From NCBI GenBank assembly GCA_964016885.1, contig OZ024740.1:348626001-348690000 (forward strand): 64,000 bases of DNA. Reading direction: 5' to 3'. Position 1 is the first letter of the stretch. Every line of letters starts with the position of its first letter. This DNA is from Eledone cirrhosa. Its lineage: Eukaryota. A program made the translations under genes and the position numbers. Below are positions 38,968 through 53,065 of the stretch, piece by piece. Below the pieces are notes generated by a model that saw only the letters and a program-made list of their open reading frames with translations, had not been told where the DNA came from and did not search any database.

Positions 38968-41039
38968 CATATATATATATATATGTGTATATATATATGT
39001 ATGCATACATAAAATATTCATTCATCATTTTTTCCATATCCAATATCTCTTATAATATCATTTATATATATTTTATATATAATCTGTACCGTAATACTTA
39101 CATATTTGATTTTTCATATTAAGATAATCAATATGTAATTATTAATCTGTAATATGTAATAATTGAAATTATATCAAAAACTGTTTTTTAATGAAAATAA
39201 ATATATTAGAAGCAAGCATTTTTCTTTGTTATTTTCTGTTTTTATTTTCCTGATCTGGATAAATAATTTAAGGAATGAAGTGCCAATGGGATTTCCGGAT
39301 GACACGGCCTGCTCCCAAGACCGGTGTATATCTGTTGTGTTTTCCTCTACAGAAATCATCCAATTCTTGATATGTCTAACCTGGATCCTATGGTGCGATT
39401 CTCTGCCATTCGAGAGAGGCACTCATTGTTCACCTCTCGGCCATGCGTTCCATGTGTCCTATAGTCATCTGCCGTCGTACACTTTTGAATAAGTACATTA
39501 TTTGTGTGTGCTTGTATGTGGGGGGGGGGGGGGGTATGTGTGTGTGTATGTTTGCGTGTGTATGTAAGCGATGGCGTTATCTCGTTTTTTCGTGTTTTTT
39601 GAAGGTCGAGCCTGAGTAAATTTACATATGCTTTGAATTTACGAAGCCAAGTCTGATGCAGTGACTATCGTGGTATAACTCTGCTTGAAACTCTACTCTA
39701 GGTAGAATATTATCCGAAGTCCTTCTGAATTGTGTGATAAAAGGGATCTGCCCTGGTACCATCCCTGAGACCCAGCTGGGAATTTGAGCAGGGCGAGATA
39801 GCAATCATGTATATATGTATGTATGTATGTGTACATGTATGTATGTATGTATACATGTATGTATGTATGTGTATGTATGTAAGTATGTATGTACTGTTTA
39901 TGAATGTATGTATGCATGTGTATGCGTTTCCTGAGCTAAAAGCATATTGCTATATTTACTATTGAAAAAAATCTACATTTCTTATTTTGTATCTCAGCTT
40001 CCTGATTGTAATCCCATTATGTAACAACTAATGTATTAGAGATACGATTTATTTGTTGTTCTGTAATTTGAATTTTGTACTGGTGCTTTTCGAAGGCAAT
40101 ACACTATAAAATTCACTCAAAAATTTCAGATATAGAAGTAGTCGGTATCATACAGGAAGAATATCAACAGGTTACAAGAGCCTGGATTACACGGAACAAA
40201 TCAATAGGATTGAATCTCGGTGTGTGGAAAGTCAAGACGACGGCTAACAGCGGAGATCTCTACCACTGAAATGACAGACCGGTCAGAATGCTTGTGGTCT
40301 GTTTTCGACGTGATCGTTAGGTAGACATGAACTGAAAAGTGGTCACAAACAGTTAACACATCAAACCCAGAAATGGGTAGAGAAAATTCTGTCCCTCAAA
40401 GGAAGTGTAGAGATGTTAAACATCTACATTGCTAAGGTTGAATACTACCACCTGTCCGTCGTGACATTCAACCAAGACAACTGACCGGATTAGAGCGCAT
40501 ACACTTCTAGTACTGCTCTAACTTTTACGGAAATGATTCTTCCCGCTGGTCAGAAAATTCATTCGCTACCAACATTAACTCCAGGGTGGTCTCAGTGAAT
40601 ATATATCGTTTTTCTATTATCTAGTGATTCTGATTTCCCTACAAAGGAATAAAATGCTACCTGCTTTTGTAGATGAATGAAATATATATTAATTAAATAA
40701 TGTATTTATGAATTGAAGCTTCGTGATTATTATTGTTTCATTTATATATGCTTGGTTAATTTGTATAATATACGAATTGGATTTAACTAAAAACTGAGTT
40801 TCGTCAATTTTGATGTGGATAAACTACATTATATTTGCCTTTCATCCTTATGGAGTCGATAAAATAAATTACCAGTAATGTACTGGGTAATTGCTGGCCT
40901 TGTGCCAAAAGTAGAAACAATTATATATATAAATCCCGCCGAGGTTAACTTTGCCGTTCATCCTTACGGCGTCGATAAAATAAAGTACCAGTAATACAGT
41001 GGGATAATTGCTGGCCTTGTGCCAAAAGTAGAAAAAAAT

Positions 41040-41087
<48 letters not shown>

Positions 41088-41095
41088 TAAAGTTT

Positions 41096-41150
<55 letters not shown>

Positions 41151-41556
41151 GTGTGTGTGTGTGTGTGTTCAACAGCTCAACAGACTGGCAGAGGTATACA
41201 TTCCTGAAGGGTAATTACCCAGAAAGATGGTAAAATATATATATATATAAGAACAAGTATGACCCCGACGGCAGAGCTCAAGCCGTTTCGAAACGGCTTG
41301 AGCTCTGCCGTCGGGGTCATACTTGTTCCTATTACCCACTCTACTACCCAAAGTATTGAGTACTTTGGTGCGTTATGGTCGTTCTGGTTCCTTACCACAA
41401 TTCCTTCGTTATATATATATATAGTTGACGTATGTTTCTATCGAGAATATATTATATTAACGATATGGTGGGTAGCTATGATTTCACTATGAATACTTTC
41501 ACGCTATGAATACTTTCAACGTTACACTCTGCTTACTATTTGGTATTTGAAAATTG

Positions 41557-41920
41557 TTACGCCTCATTCCGTGCACATATACATCCGGTGATTGCATCAA
41601 TCACACTTGCACTATACACATACAGTCCATCAACACATTTATCTGTAAGCTTGTGGATCATCATTTTAGTATAAGATGCCACACACTGGTGATTTTGGTC
41701 AGAGTTCAAACAGTTTTACAGAAACAGACTACTTCTGTGCGGGTTGAAGGGAAGCATTCATGGATAATCTTCAGGTACCAAGGGCATGTTGAAAGTTCAT
41801 GAATGATATTAGAGAAAACAGCAGATGCTGAACAAATTTTATCTCCATCTGTCAATGGTGGTTGGTTATTTCCTGCTAGGTCCATTTCAGCTGGTAGTAA
41901 AATTATGGACAATCTCTGCA
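41557..41920 (-). pseudogene. IL17: IL-17-like relic (copy D), 5'-truncated and frameshifted, single C-terminal strand
   Basis: LPAEMDLAGNNQPPLTDGDKIC...ELSTCPWYLKIIHECFPSTRTEVVCFCK, then a 1-nt frameshift near 41715, then CLNSDQNHQCVASYTKMMIHKLTDKCVDGLYVYSASVIDAITGCICARNEA*. A second indel lies near 41900 and upstream sequence is replaced by microsatellite. Confidence 0.88.
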
Positions 41921-43040
41921 CATATATATATAAACCTTTATATGTATATATATATGTATACATTGTGTTTACACACACACACGCACATACACACATACAT
42001 ACATATATATATATATAATATAGGTCATATGAGTTGATGACAACTGTATAGGCTTTCAGATATTTAAAGTTCAGAGTTGAATAAGTGCAATAGTTATATA
42101 TTGATCGTTTGCATTTTGTTTGTCACGGACATATAATGATATTATTTTCGTTGACTGGTTAGGTGTTGGAATGTATTATCTTTCCTTCTTTTGTATTAGC
42201 CAAATAATAATTGTTTCTACTTATGGCACAAGGCCAGCAATTACCTCAGTGAATTACTGGTACTTTATTTTACCGACCTCGTGAGGATGAAAGGCAAAGT
42301 TAACCTCGGCGGGATTTGAACTCAGATCATAAAGGGCCGTAACTCTATGCTGCAAAGCATGGCGTCCGACCCTCTACCGATACTGCCAATCTACCGCCAA
42401 ATAATAATGGTTTCTGATTTAGGCAGATCAACAATTTTTTCTGTGGAGAAAGTCGATAAAATCGACTCCAGTTCGTAAATAGTTCTTTATTTTATCGACC
42501 CCGTAAGAACAGAAAGGAAAGTTCACTACGGCGTTATTTGAACAGAGTGTAAAGGGCCGTAACTATGTATAACATATAGTTGCGTTCATTTACGTTCTGA
42601 GTTCAAATCTCACCGAGCTTTGTTTTACCTTTCATCCTTACGGGGTCGATAAAATAACTTACCGGTAACCAAATGGGGGTCTATTAATCGAAATATACCT
42701 TCCCAAAAAAATGTTTGGCTTTGTGCCTATGTTAAAAACCATTATGATTTAGCGCCCAAAAGCTATGGATTGGTCCTCAACTGATATTGCCAATCCATCG
42801 CTCTTGGATGCTAAAGAATAATTGTTTCTGATTTAAGTCCATTACAAACAATTTTAGGGGGAGAGTCATTGACACAGTAGTTAAGATACATTTAATAACA
42901 TACACACATGCACAAGCATACACATCGAGATTCATTTTGTTCGTTTACAAATAAGTATATATTTTTGGCATTACATGTCTATATACCCCATATTGAAATA
43001 TTTATTTATATAAACGCAATAACAGCTTCATTATAATGTT

Positions 43041-43080
<40 letters not shown>

Positions 43081-44249
43081 TCGACTTTGCTTACCCACAA
43101 CCAAAGCTTCGATTTTACTAAGCTTCCTCTTGTATATATGTGTGTGGGGGGGATATGTGTGTGTGTGGGGGGGGGGGCGTTTTGTTATACTTTGGGAGAG
43201 TCATGCTGCCAATAAAGCACATGCACTTGTTGGTTTTCACTTCAATTTATTATAAGTTTCCGGATAGTTGGTTGGTTCGATAAGTGGATGGTTGTTTATA
43301 TATTGTCAAAGCTATATATATAATTGTTTCTACTTTAGGCACCAGGCCAGTAAATACTCAGTGCATTACTGGTACTTTATTTTATCGACCCCGTAAGGAT
43401 GAAAGGCAAAGTCAATCTTGGCGCGATGAAATACCAATGATGGTTGGAAAATCACTGACGAAGGACTATTTTTATCATATGTAACCCATTTGCAGCCACG
43501 CAGTATTCTTCTTTCTTCTCATGTTTTATATATATATATATAGGATAAAAGAGAAAACACAGGTAAGCATTAAAAAAAGGATTTTATCCAGGTATTTACG
43601 ACCGTTTCATTGGTAAGTGCAACCTTTTATTGCTATACTGCAAATAGCAGCCACTCAATAATAATTGTTGTACACGTCCAAATTTTCAAAATAGTGAATA
43701 AGTTACTCTTAACAAGTTCTTAATATATAGAGAAAAACATTTTTTGGAATTGTATTTGCTAGTATAGAGAGAGAGGAAGAGGAATTGGAAAGTGGAGGGA
43801 CAAAGGAAGTAGTATAGAGAGAGAGAGGAAGGGGGAGAAGAATTAGGAAGTAGGGTGACAAACTGAGATAGAGGGAGGGGTATAGGTGGAAGCAATCTTT
43901 GATCAGTTTTGATATATGTAGACATGATGTCGTTGATTTAGAGTGTAGTGAGTTAAAGAGAATTACATTGTTTATAGTGGGAGGGATGGAGAGAGAGAGA
44001 GAAAGAGAGAGAGGGAGAGAGATAGAGAGATAAATATATATATATAAAAAAAAAATAATAATAATAAATAAAGAAATAAATAAAGAAATAAAATAAAGAA
44101 GGGGGGAGAAAGAAGAAAAGAAAAGACAAAAAAAAAGAAGAGAGAAGAAAGGAAGAAAACGAAAAGAAATAGAAAAGGAATGAAGGAGAAGGGAGGGATG
44201 TAGGTATTCGTTTTTGTGGGTAATTAAAGGGGTTGTATACAATAAAAGC

Positions 44250-45480
44250 GTAGAAAGTCTAAGTATATGCAGTTTGTCAGGTGGTAGTAAGAGATTAAGG
44301 GTTCGATTTGCACTTGTGCGAAAATTTTCTTTGAGTTTATGGTTACAATAAATCGATCTTTCGATTTTATTGTTGAGTAACTTATTCTTCGAACTCAAAA
44401 TGTGGAACAGCTCAAGGTTACATAATCGACAGCTTCTCATACCACTCCGATATGGGGGCGCGTTCGATAATTGTTTCCACTTCAGGGTCTATTGATGGTT
44501 ATTTTCCCTCAGTTGCCAGGTCTTGTTCGCAAGGGTAGTTACATAACGATGCTGGGATGCTTCATTGCGTAACGGTGTGTATACCAACGGGCTTTAAATG
44601 TATTCCCAGTCGCTCCGATGTAATGCCATTTCTGGTTGTCTGATTCTACTGTGCATTGGTAAACCAGGTTAGACTGCATACATTGGTTATGTAATGGACA
44701 GGTTTCAGGTAGGTGGCAATTACAATTCTTGTCATGGGCAACCTTGGCATTATTAGTGGGCTACGATGCCTGTACAAGTGTGTTACCTCTTGTTTGCCTA
44801 TTAGTGGGTGGTTGTGTATTAGATATTCTGTTGTGTTCAATGGTAATTGTATTGTTATTGTTATAAATTTGTGTTCTGGTGTGGTTACGTATCTTTTTAG
44901 CGTTAAGAATCTTAATGTGTGCCTCTATGTTTAGTGCCGTGGAGTAAGATAGTCTAATAGATTTAGTGTTAAGGATTTTGCTGTATCTATGTGAATCTGG
45001 AAAGTGTTTATTTATTATTCTAAAGTAGGTAGAGGGTAGGTTAGTACTAATAGAGGTGTTAAATATGGGGTTATACCAAATATATTTTCTACTGCGTGAC
45101 CTGCTTGATTTCGATGTTGTATTTCTATTTTTATTATAATTTTATTAGTTCTATGGGTAAATGTGTGTGTGCGTGTGTTTCTGGAGTTTGTGTTATGCGT
45201 GTTCGTGTGTGCTTTGCGGAGGCTTTCATCTACTCTATCTAAGTGGCCTGCCTTGTCTAGTGCGGTATTGTAGTACTCTGCATGTTCCTCGAAGATTTGT
45301 TGGTTAGACGAGAGGCGGGAGATCGTAAGGGATAGGCTGCGCGGAACGGATTTAATTATGGATAGTGGGTGGTTCGAATTACAGTTGATGTATGCTAAGT
45401 TTTCATTAATCTTGTGTAAAAGTCTTATAAGTCCCGTATTTAGGTTAAGCGTCGCGTCTAGAAAGTTAACTATTATTGTT
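44250..45480 (-). mobile_element. Decayed Penelope-like element fragment
   Basis: VNFLDATLNLNTG...YINCNSNHPLSIIKS...ISRLSSNQQIFEE...YYNTALDKAG is typical of the Penelope RT C-terminus. A degenerate endonuclease region follows. Confidence 0.75.
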
Positions 45481-45702
45481 AATACTTGAAGAGACACGGA
45501 CACATTAATAAATACATATCTGAAATAATGTATGCACTACACACAAAAATCATACCTGTGTCTCAATTCATGGTCTTGGATAAGTTTTCCTACGTAATAT
45601 TAACAGATGTGTACATTGTCGCCGGTTGCTTTCGCCGCTACTATGTGATCGAGTGATTAACAGATAATATGATCGATATTATCGTGCATTGATCAAAATA
45701 TT

Positions 45703-45740
<38 letters not shown>

Positions 45741-45835
45741 GAACACATACATATATACATACACATAAAACCAAACATATATACATACCTGCACAGACAT
45801 ACAAATAGATATATACACAAATATATATACCAATC

Positions 45836-47545
45836 AGGAGTGGAGACTTTGAGTCGGACCAGTGTCTTGCAAACACTGTTTCGGCAGCTCCTGCAGCCAA
45901 GTTAATGCCAAATGTCATGCTCCGCATTCCTTTCGATCCCACTAGTAAGGTCGAGAGTGAACCCTGACGATTGGGAAACCTAGGATCTCCAAACGTTATG
46001 CCCAGGTTTGCGCCCTGGACATGCGACTCCTGTCTCGCTCACATGCGAGGAAACGAAGCTGGCAGCTTACGACTTTCAAGTCACAACCCCGATTGGTGCA
46101 GGGAATGGAACGTCACGAGTGAGCTTTGATGGTGCGACAATTATTGCATCCCAATGGATGACGACTGCCCTCCTCAATCCCGGCGGCCCCTGGTCAGTAT
46201 TATGTCATCCCAGCAACGTCTGCCTAGTTCAGCGGGTGCCTGGAGCTCAGTATATTGATATGAACAACAAACAGGCGGGAACCTTTTACCAAACAAAATT
46301 AAACTTACACAAGAAAAATTAAAGAAGACTCCAGAAGACTTGCAAGCTGGAAGGTGCGCATCATATGCACAGGCATCCCCGATGAGCTGAGAGATATGGA
46401 CAACACAAGAAAGACAGTCATCATTGACTGAGAGCTCTCCAGGCTCAGCTTTAGTATAGCTGCCCCTCAGGAAACTAAGCTTACCTCCGGTGGCTCTCTC
46501 ACAGAGATGAACTACACATTTTTTGGAAGCGGAAAGAACCCGAGGTGCCCCGCCAGCACAGAGTTGGCTTTGCCATCAAACACACTCTCCTGGCTGCTGC
46601 AGAGGCTCCGTCAGGGGGCAGATAACGGCTACTTTCCATCTGTCATAATACTGCTACAGGTCGTCAACATCATTAGTGTCTATGCTCTCACACACCTGCC
46701 CGAAAGACACAAAGGACCAGTGCTACAGGTAACAAAATGAAATTGTTCAGGGATGTCCAGATGATGAGCCTCTATTCCTGCTGAGCAACTGCAATGCTAG
46801 ATTTGGTTGATCACATGTCATGGCATATATGCCTTGAACACCAAGGCACTACAAAAATCAAACAGAAAGGTAAGATACTACTGGAACTGTGACCTCTGCG
46901 TCCCAATCACATTCTTTGTGATTAAACCACAACACAACGTGTCATAGAGTCACCCCAGATTTCCTCGCTGGCACCAACTTGAACTTATCATCACCAGACG
47001 TTCAGATCTCAGCAGGTCCTTGTCACCCGAAGAGACCACAGCGCATCTGTATCACCGACCATACCCTTATCAGCTGCAAAGTTCGCCTACAACCCCGCAC
47101 ATTACATCGCTCCAAGCAAAAGGTTTGCCCTCGTTTCAACCCTGCACAGATGTCTGTTCCCGTCAGGGTGGAAGAATATATCTCCCCTAAACCAAACTGT
47201 CTAGGACCTGCCAGATAATGATGCCTCATCAAAATGGGACGCCAGAAATGATGCCATTTACAGTTTAGCCATGTCCACATGCGGCAAGAAGGAACGCCAC
47301 AGTCAAGATTCGTTCAGTGCACACCTACCAAGGATGTAACCAGCAATAGTGACGAAACGTAGAGCTTTCTTGGCACACAAATCATGCCCAAATGTATAGA
47401 GGCCGGTAGCCCTTAGAGATGCCCTGAGCAGCACTCAACGCATCTATAGATGGTGCGGCATTACTGGAGGCATCTCTGCGAGAAAATCGAACGTAGTGCC
47501 AAGACTCGAAACATCCGCAGGTAGTACAACGGCATAAACAAGGTC
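45836..47545 (+). mobile_element. Old RTE (BovB-like) LINE, 5' UTR plus endonuclease region
   Basis: About 46400-46540 translates to RKTVIID*ELSRLSFSIAAPQETKL..GSLTEMNYTFFGSGK, the APE N-terminus of RTE elements. A HPR...WHQLELIITR motif lies near 46950-47000. Many stops. Confidence 0.75.
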
Positions 47546-48291
47546 CTGTGAAGGGACGGCCCTCTTGGGATGTGTGTATTTTGTCAGTTGGTTTTGATCG
47601 TAAAATCTATCCAGCGATTCTTTCCCGAGATATTCTAACCACATGCCCATAATATCGGAGCTGTGATTTCTCAATTCGGAGAAGTAGCGTCTTTAACTAG
47701 AGTGACTATCTGATCTCCGAGCTACGCCCTTTATCTCTGAGGAACCCCATTTCGGCCGCTATTATTCGCGATCGTATTCTTTCGGTCACTACCCAAGATT
47801 CATCAGCGTAGTTAAGGGTGTACACCTTCCTCCATTCTTCAGGTTACCGACTGCTGAAGCTGGCGCATTACTGCACCAACTCCTGCAATTATTGCACTAA
47901 ATTCAAACTCCAGTCTTTCATCACTCGTGAACACAGCCCCGAGATACTTGAACTTTTCCACCATCTTCAGTGGAACTCCATTTACATGTTGAGTTCACTG
48001 CGCAGGGTTCCTTGCAATGGACTCTATCATGAACACCGTCTTCCAGCACAAAGATAATATCTTGAAAATACGATTACGTACGTTTGTTATCATCATCATA
48101 ATTGTTTCTACTTTTGGCACTAGACCAGCAATTATCCCAGTGTATAACTGGTGCTTTATTTTATCGACACCGTAAGGATGAAAGGCAAAGGTAACCTCGG
48201 CTGGATTTTAACTCACACCATAAAGGGACGTAACTCTTTGTTGCAAAGCATGGCGTCTGTGTATTACTGGTGCTTTATTTTATCGACCCCG

Positions 48292-50010
48292 CCAAGAAAA
48301 TCACCGCCAGCTCTAGAGCTAACTCAGGCCCGGTGAAAGCGAAATATGGTACGCTGCTTTCCAAGGGGGAAGAAAAGTTAGTCAGATGGGCTGAACATTT
48401 CAAGGAAGTCCTCAACCGACCTGAACCACGTGTGCCTACAGACACTAAGGAACCTACTAGTTTGTTGCCTATCAATACTGATGACTTCACCGAGAAGGAA
48501 GTCCGCATGGCCATCAAAACCCTTAAGAATAACAAGTCACCAGGTATGGATGGCATTTCAGCTGAAATGCTGAAGTCAGGAGCCGAAAGCATGGTCAAGT
48601 GGGTGGGCTACTTATGTAATCTTGTGTGGAACACGGGTGAAGTCCCAGAAGATTGGAGAAACGGAGAGGTTGTCTGTATCCCCAAGAAGGGCAACCTTGC
48701 CGATTGTGACAACTGGAGGGGAGTGACACTTCTCTCCATACCAGGGAAGGTCTATTGTCTGATGATCCTGAACCGCATACGTGGCATGGTAGACCGGGAA
48801 CTGCGAGAACAACAGGCAGGGTTCCGACCAAAACGTTCTGTGCACAGCAGATCTTTACGTTACGCCGCATCATTGAGGGGTACAACGAATTCCAGAGGCC
48901 CCTCGCCGTCAGCTTCATCGATTTCTACAAAGCATTCGATAGCATTCATCGACCGTCACTCTGGAGCATCATGCATGAGTATGGTCCGCCACAGAAAGTC
49001 ATTTCAGCAATCAAACAGGTTTACACAAACTCCAAGTGCTGCATACGGACAGAGGATGGTTACAGTGACTGGTTTGAGGTGATTACTGGTGTGCGTCAGG
49101 GCTGCTCGCTCTCTCCAATTCTCTTTGCCATAGCCATTGACTGGGTACTAAGAAGAGCGTCTAAAGACCAGGGTATATCTTGGGTGGGAGAGCAAAAGTT
49201 GTCTGACCTGGACTTTGCGGACGATATTGTTGCACTTGCAGAGAGCACAGCTGACCTGCAAATCATTATGAACAATATCAGTGTCGAAGCAGGAAGCTTA
49301 GGTCTCAATATCAGTGCTAAGAAGACCAAAAGCATGTTATCTGGGACACACCCATCACCAACTAGTGTTTTCATTGAATAAGGGGAGGTGGAGATAGTGG
49401 ACAACTTCACCTACCTAGGAAGCTCCATTGACAATGGGGGCGCCATGGACAGTGAATTGCAATGTAGAATGGGAAAGGCTTCAGCAGCATTTAATCAGCT
49501 TGTCAAGATCTGGAAGAGCAGGAAGTTCACCCTCAAAACAAAGATGAGATTCTACAACAGCAACGTGTTGTCCACACTTTTGTACGGAAGTGAAACATGG
49601 CACCTTAAGACCAGCCAAGAGAAGAAGTTGGACGCATTCGATTCCAGGTGTCTGCGAAAGATCCTGGGGATTAAATGGAGTGACCATGTAACAAACCAGG
49701 AAGTCAGGAACCGCACCAACCAGCAGCTAGTCTCTTCTGCCATCTGCAAGCGACGCCTGGGCTGGTTTGGGCACGCTTTGAGACTTCCCCCGGAGAGACT
49801 GGCGAACCAAGTACTTAAATGGAACCCACAGGGAAGCCGACGGAGAGGGCGACCCAAAATGAACTGGCGCCAGACAGTTGAGAGGGACCTGCGAGCGACA
49901 AACAGACAATGGCGGGACGCTGTACAACTGACTGCTGACCGAACGCGGTGGAACACTATGATTGCCTCATGCGTCGCAAGACGCGGGAGCTTCTGAGTCT
50001 TAGTCTGAGT
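48292..50010 (+). mobile_element. Young 5'-truncated RTE-clade LINE (RT domain to 3' tail)
   Basis: RWAEHFKEVLN, KSPGMDGI, PKKGNLADCDNWRGVTLLS, QQAGFR, FIDFYKAFDS, GVRQGCSLSPILF, DLDFADDI, FTYLGS, LLYGSETW and RRRGRPKMNW. Only one frameshift (about 48840) and one stop (49379-49381). Short (CTGAGT)-like tail. Confidence 0.93.
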
Positions 50011-50336
50011 AAGGATGAAAGGCAAAGTTAACCTCAGCGGTATTTGAACTCGGACCATAAAGGACCGTAACTCTTTGCTGCAAAGCATGGCGTCCGACCC
50101 TCTACCGATACTGCCAAATCATCATCATAATGCTTATTCGGTTGGATGTAGCAAAACAATGGAAGCCGCACAGTGTGGTACGTTTTTAGTGTGATATCAG
50201 TTGCCCTATTTTCAAGTATATATACTTTTAAAATCTGGTGTTGGGAATTTACCATGCCGAAAATAGAATGAATGTACTGAATTGAAACCTAAAAGCAGAA
50301 GGAACTAACAATATCCTGTGATGTAACATATCCTGT

Positions 50337-50580
50337 AGTATATAACGTTGAAAGAAATAGAAGGCTAAACAAGGCAAAATGACCTCTAAGATGAGATAAT
50401 GAAACGTAAGTTACCTGGTTATCTTTGTTTTGCTTTTTATCGTTGTTGTTCTTTTTTTATGTCCAACAAAAATAAAACAAAAAAATGAAATAAAGATTAC
50501 TAGGTAACTTACGTTTCGTTACCTCACCTTACAGTCCATTTTGCATTGTTTGGCCTTCTATCTCTTTCAACGTTATATAT
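50337..50580. mobile_element. About 240-bp fold-back (MITE-like) palindrome
   Basis: tataacgttgaaaga.atagaagg...gaaacgtaagttacct pairs with aggtaacttacgtttc...ccttctat.tctttcaacgttata, with mismatches. Confidence 0.65.
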
Positions 50581-51293
50581 TATATACAATCCTTCAAGCA
50601 AACTACATTTTGCGGTAAAAAAATATTACTTATTGAAAAGTATACAGTAAGCACATGGCTTATATAATTATTATAAAACATATTATGGCTCGTTTCATAG
50701 TAATCAGAGCATATATTCTGAATTGTTTATTTACTACTTATTTCCGTGGAATTCCCGACACGTGGGCGTGATAAATGTCAATGTGATTTTTGCTTACATG
50801 CTGGTATGAAACATACACTAGTTTTCTACAGTACCTTTTAATATTTGTTTAACACATTTCGATTTTTTAAATAATCTACTTTTCTTTGTTATTTAATAAC
50901 TAAATATTATTCGAAAACTGGGCTAAATTTCAGTTGAATTATGACTTATCGTAATTATAATGTAGAAAATAGATTAGTAATGACACAAAGATTTACATAT
51001 CGAAATAGGTTTTGTGTAATACTTTCAAAGGATAATATTTTACAATCTTTTTGATTTATAGAACATAACAAAAGATCAAGAAGTATAAAATAGTGAATAA
51101 ATTAAATTTCATAATTTCTGCTCTGGTAAAAATTTTTGGCGAGCATTTACCAAATATAAATCACCGAATGATTCATAAACTTAGATAATAAAATTCTAAT
51201 TGCACCATAATCGAGGGAAAAGTATTAATGTGTATTTCTTAATGGAAATTATTCTACTAAGGAAATTTAATAATTGTACAAATCATTTAAAGC

Positions 51294-51366
<73 letters not shown>

Positions 51367-51851
51367 AGTAAAAGAAATGGAAAATGCAACTAGAATCTTT
51401 TTAAGAATATATATCTATTTCTTTTACCGGTTTCACTGTCCTTATGCTTATCAAAAGTAGAATTGAGATGGAGGGTTTGTGGTTTGTCTTACATCTGGTT
51501 CGTTTTCGAAAGTTCTTTCTGTTTTATGTGGAAAGAGTGGGTAACCGTGACCATCCCCACTGAAAGTTTCGTGAAATAGTATTTTCAAGACTATACAGAG
51601 CATTTATAATTTTTCCAAATTGAAGGATGAGTATTTTAAACATTATTTTATCATGAGTTAAGGCTCTATTGATTTTTCAATGAATTTCACTAAATTCTGT
51701 TGGATGAATCTATATCCTGATTCTTTTTGAGTGGAGTTTGAATTATTTTTCCCACATCTTACGTTAATTATTTTCCCATTTTGACGCTATAGTCACTTAT
51801 ATATTATGAAATACTGTGTGCTTCTTGCTCATAATAATTTCTCTACTTTAC

Positions 51852-51921
<70 letters not shown>

Positions 51922-52749
51922 AAAGAAGTCAAGTGACACACGAGTTGATATATATAAACAAATAGTAAAAAGGAAAGAAATACAGTAGAAAATGCTGAAA
52001 AGATTCTTTCAATATAATATCAAAACATTACGAATTTAATCGTGTAACGGTTTCAGAATTATATGCTTTTTCAACGACGGAAGTGTAAAGTGCAGTTAAA
52101 TTGCATATTTATACGAATAATAATAAAATGGAGAAAATAATTATTAGTTTTTACATACATATTTAGAGAAGAAAGCTCATATTTCTGTCCGAAGCTCTCT
52201 TTCGCTCTCTGCTAGTGTTGACCAACAGAGGTGGAGCAGTTTAAATTGTTGGCTTCGACTGTCGAAACCAACAGGAAAGCAGTAAAATGGAGGCAGAAAA
52301 AGTAAGAAAGAAAAGAAGTAACAAGAGGGAGGCGACTCTCGTTTCAAAACTCGATATTCGAGTTAATTTTGTTTATATTAATGATGGTTTTATTAGTGGC
52401 TTCCCCGTGGATATGCAAAGAAATTACCCAGTTGGTTGAATAATAAATGTCATTGTTGTTGACCGTTTTGTGTAGAAATACAGCATATATCTATAGCCCA
52501 AAGGCAAAACCGTATATAGCGGACTGAACTAAACATTATGTATATCTATAAAATATCCCCGGGGGTAGAAAAGGGAAGGATCAGTCGGACAAGTATCCAT
52601 TCCATCTTAAAATTTCATCAGCTTTTTTCCCCTCGTCACCTCCGCCTTCTTCAAACTCACCGACTCCCACTCCTACCCCGAATTCACCTCCTCCCACCCT
52701 ACATACACCAAACACTCCATTCCCTACTCCAAACTCCACCGGATCCGAC

Positions 52750-53065
52750 GCCTCTGTAGCCGAGATTCTGACTTCGTCTACGGACTCCGCTGCACGGAGT
52801 GCAGCTCAACCTACGTCGGACAGACCGGACGTCGCCTAACGGATCGGTTCACGGAGCACCTCCGAGATATTCATCTCGGCATGAGTTCCCCCATGGCACG
52901 CCACTTTGGTTTCCCTGGACATTACGCCCACCACCTCACCGTCTGTTGCCTGATCCAATGCCATGGGACACCCACCACCCCCCTTACGGTCGAGAAACAC
53001 ACCATCTTCCCCCTACAGACCGACACACCCTGCGGTCTGAACTCCCCATCCCTCTTCCTTTAGCC
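52750..53065 (+). mobile_element. Penelope GIY-YIG endonuclease fragment
   Basis: FVYGLRCTECSSTYVGQTGRRLTDRFTEHLRDI...PMARHF...EKHTIFPLQTDTPCGLN*. Confidence 0.8.
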
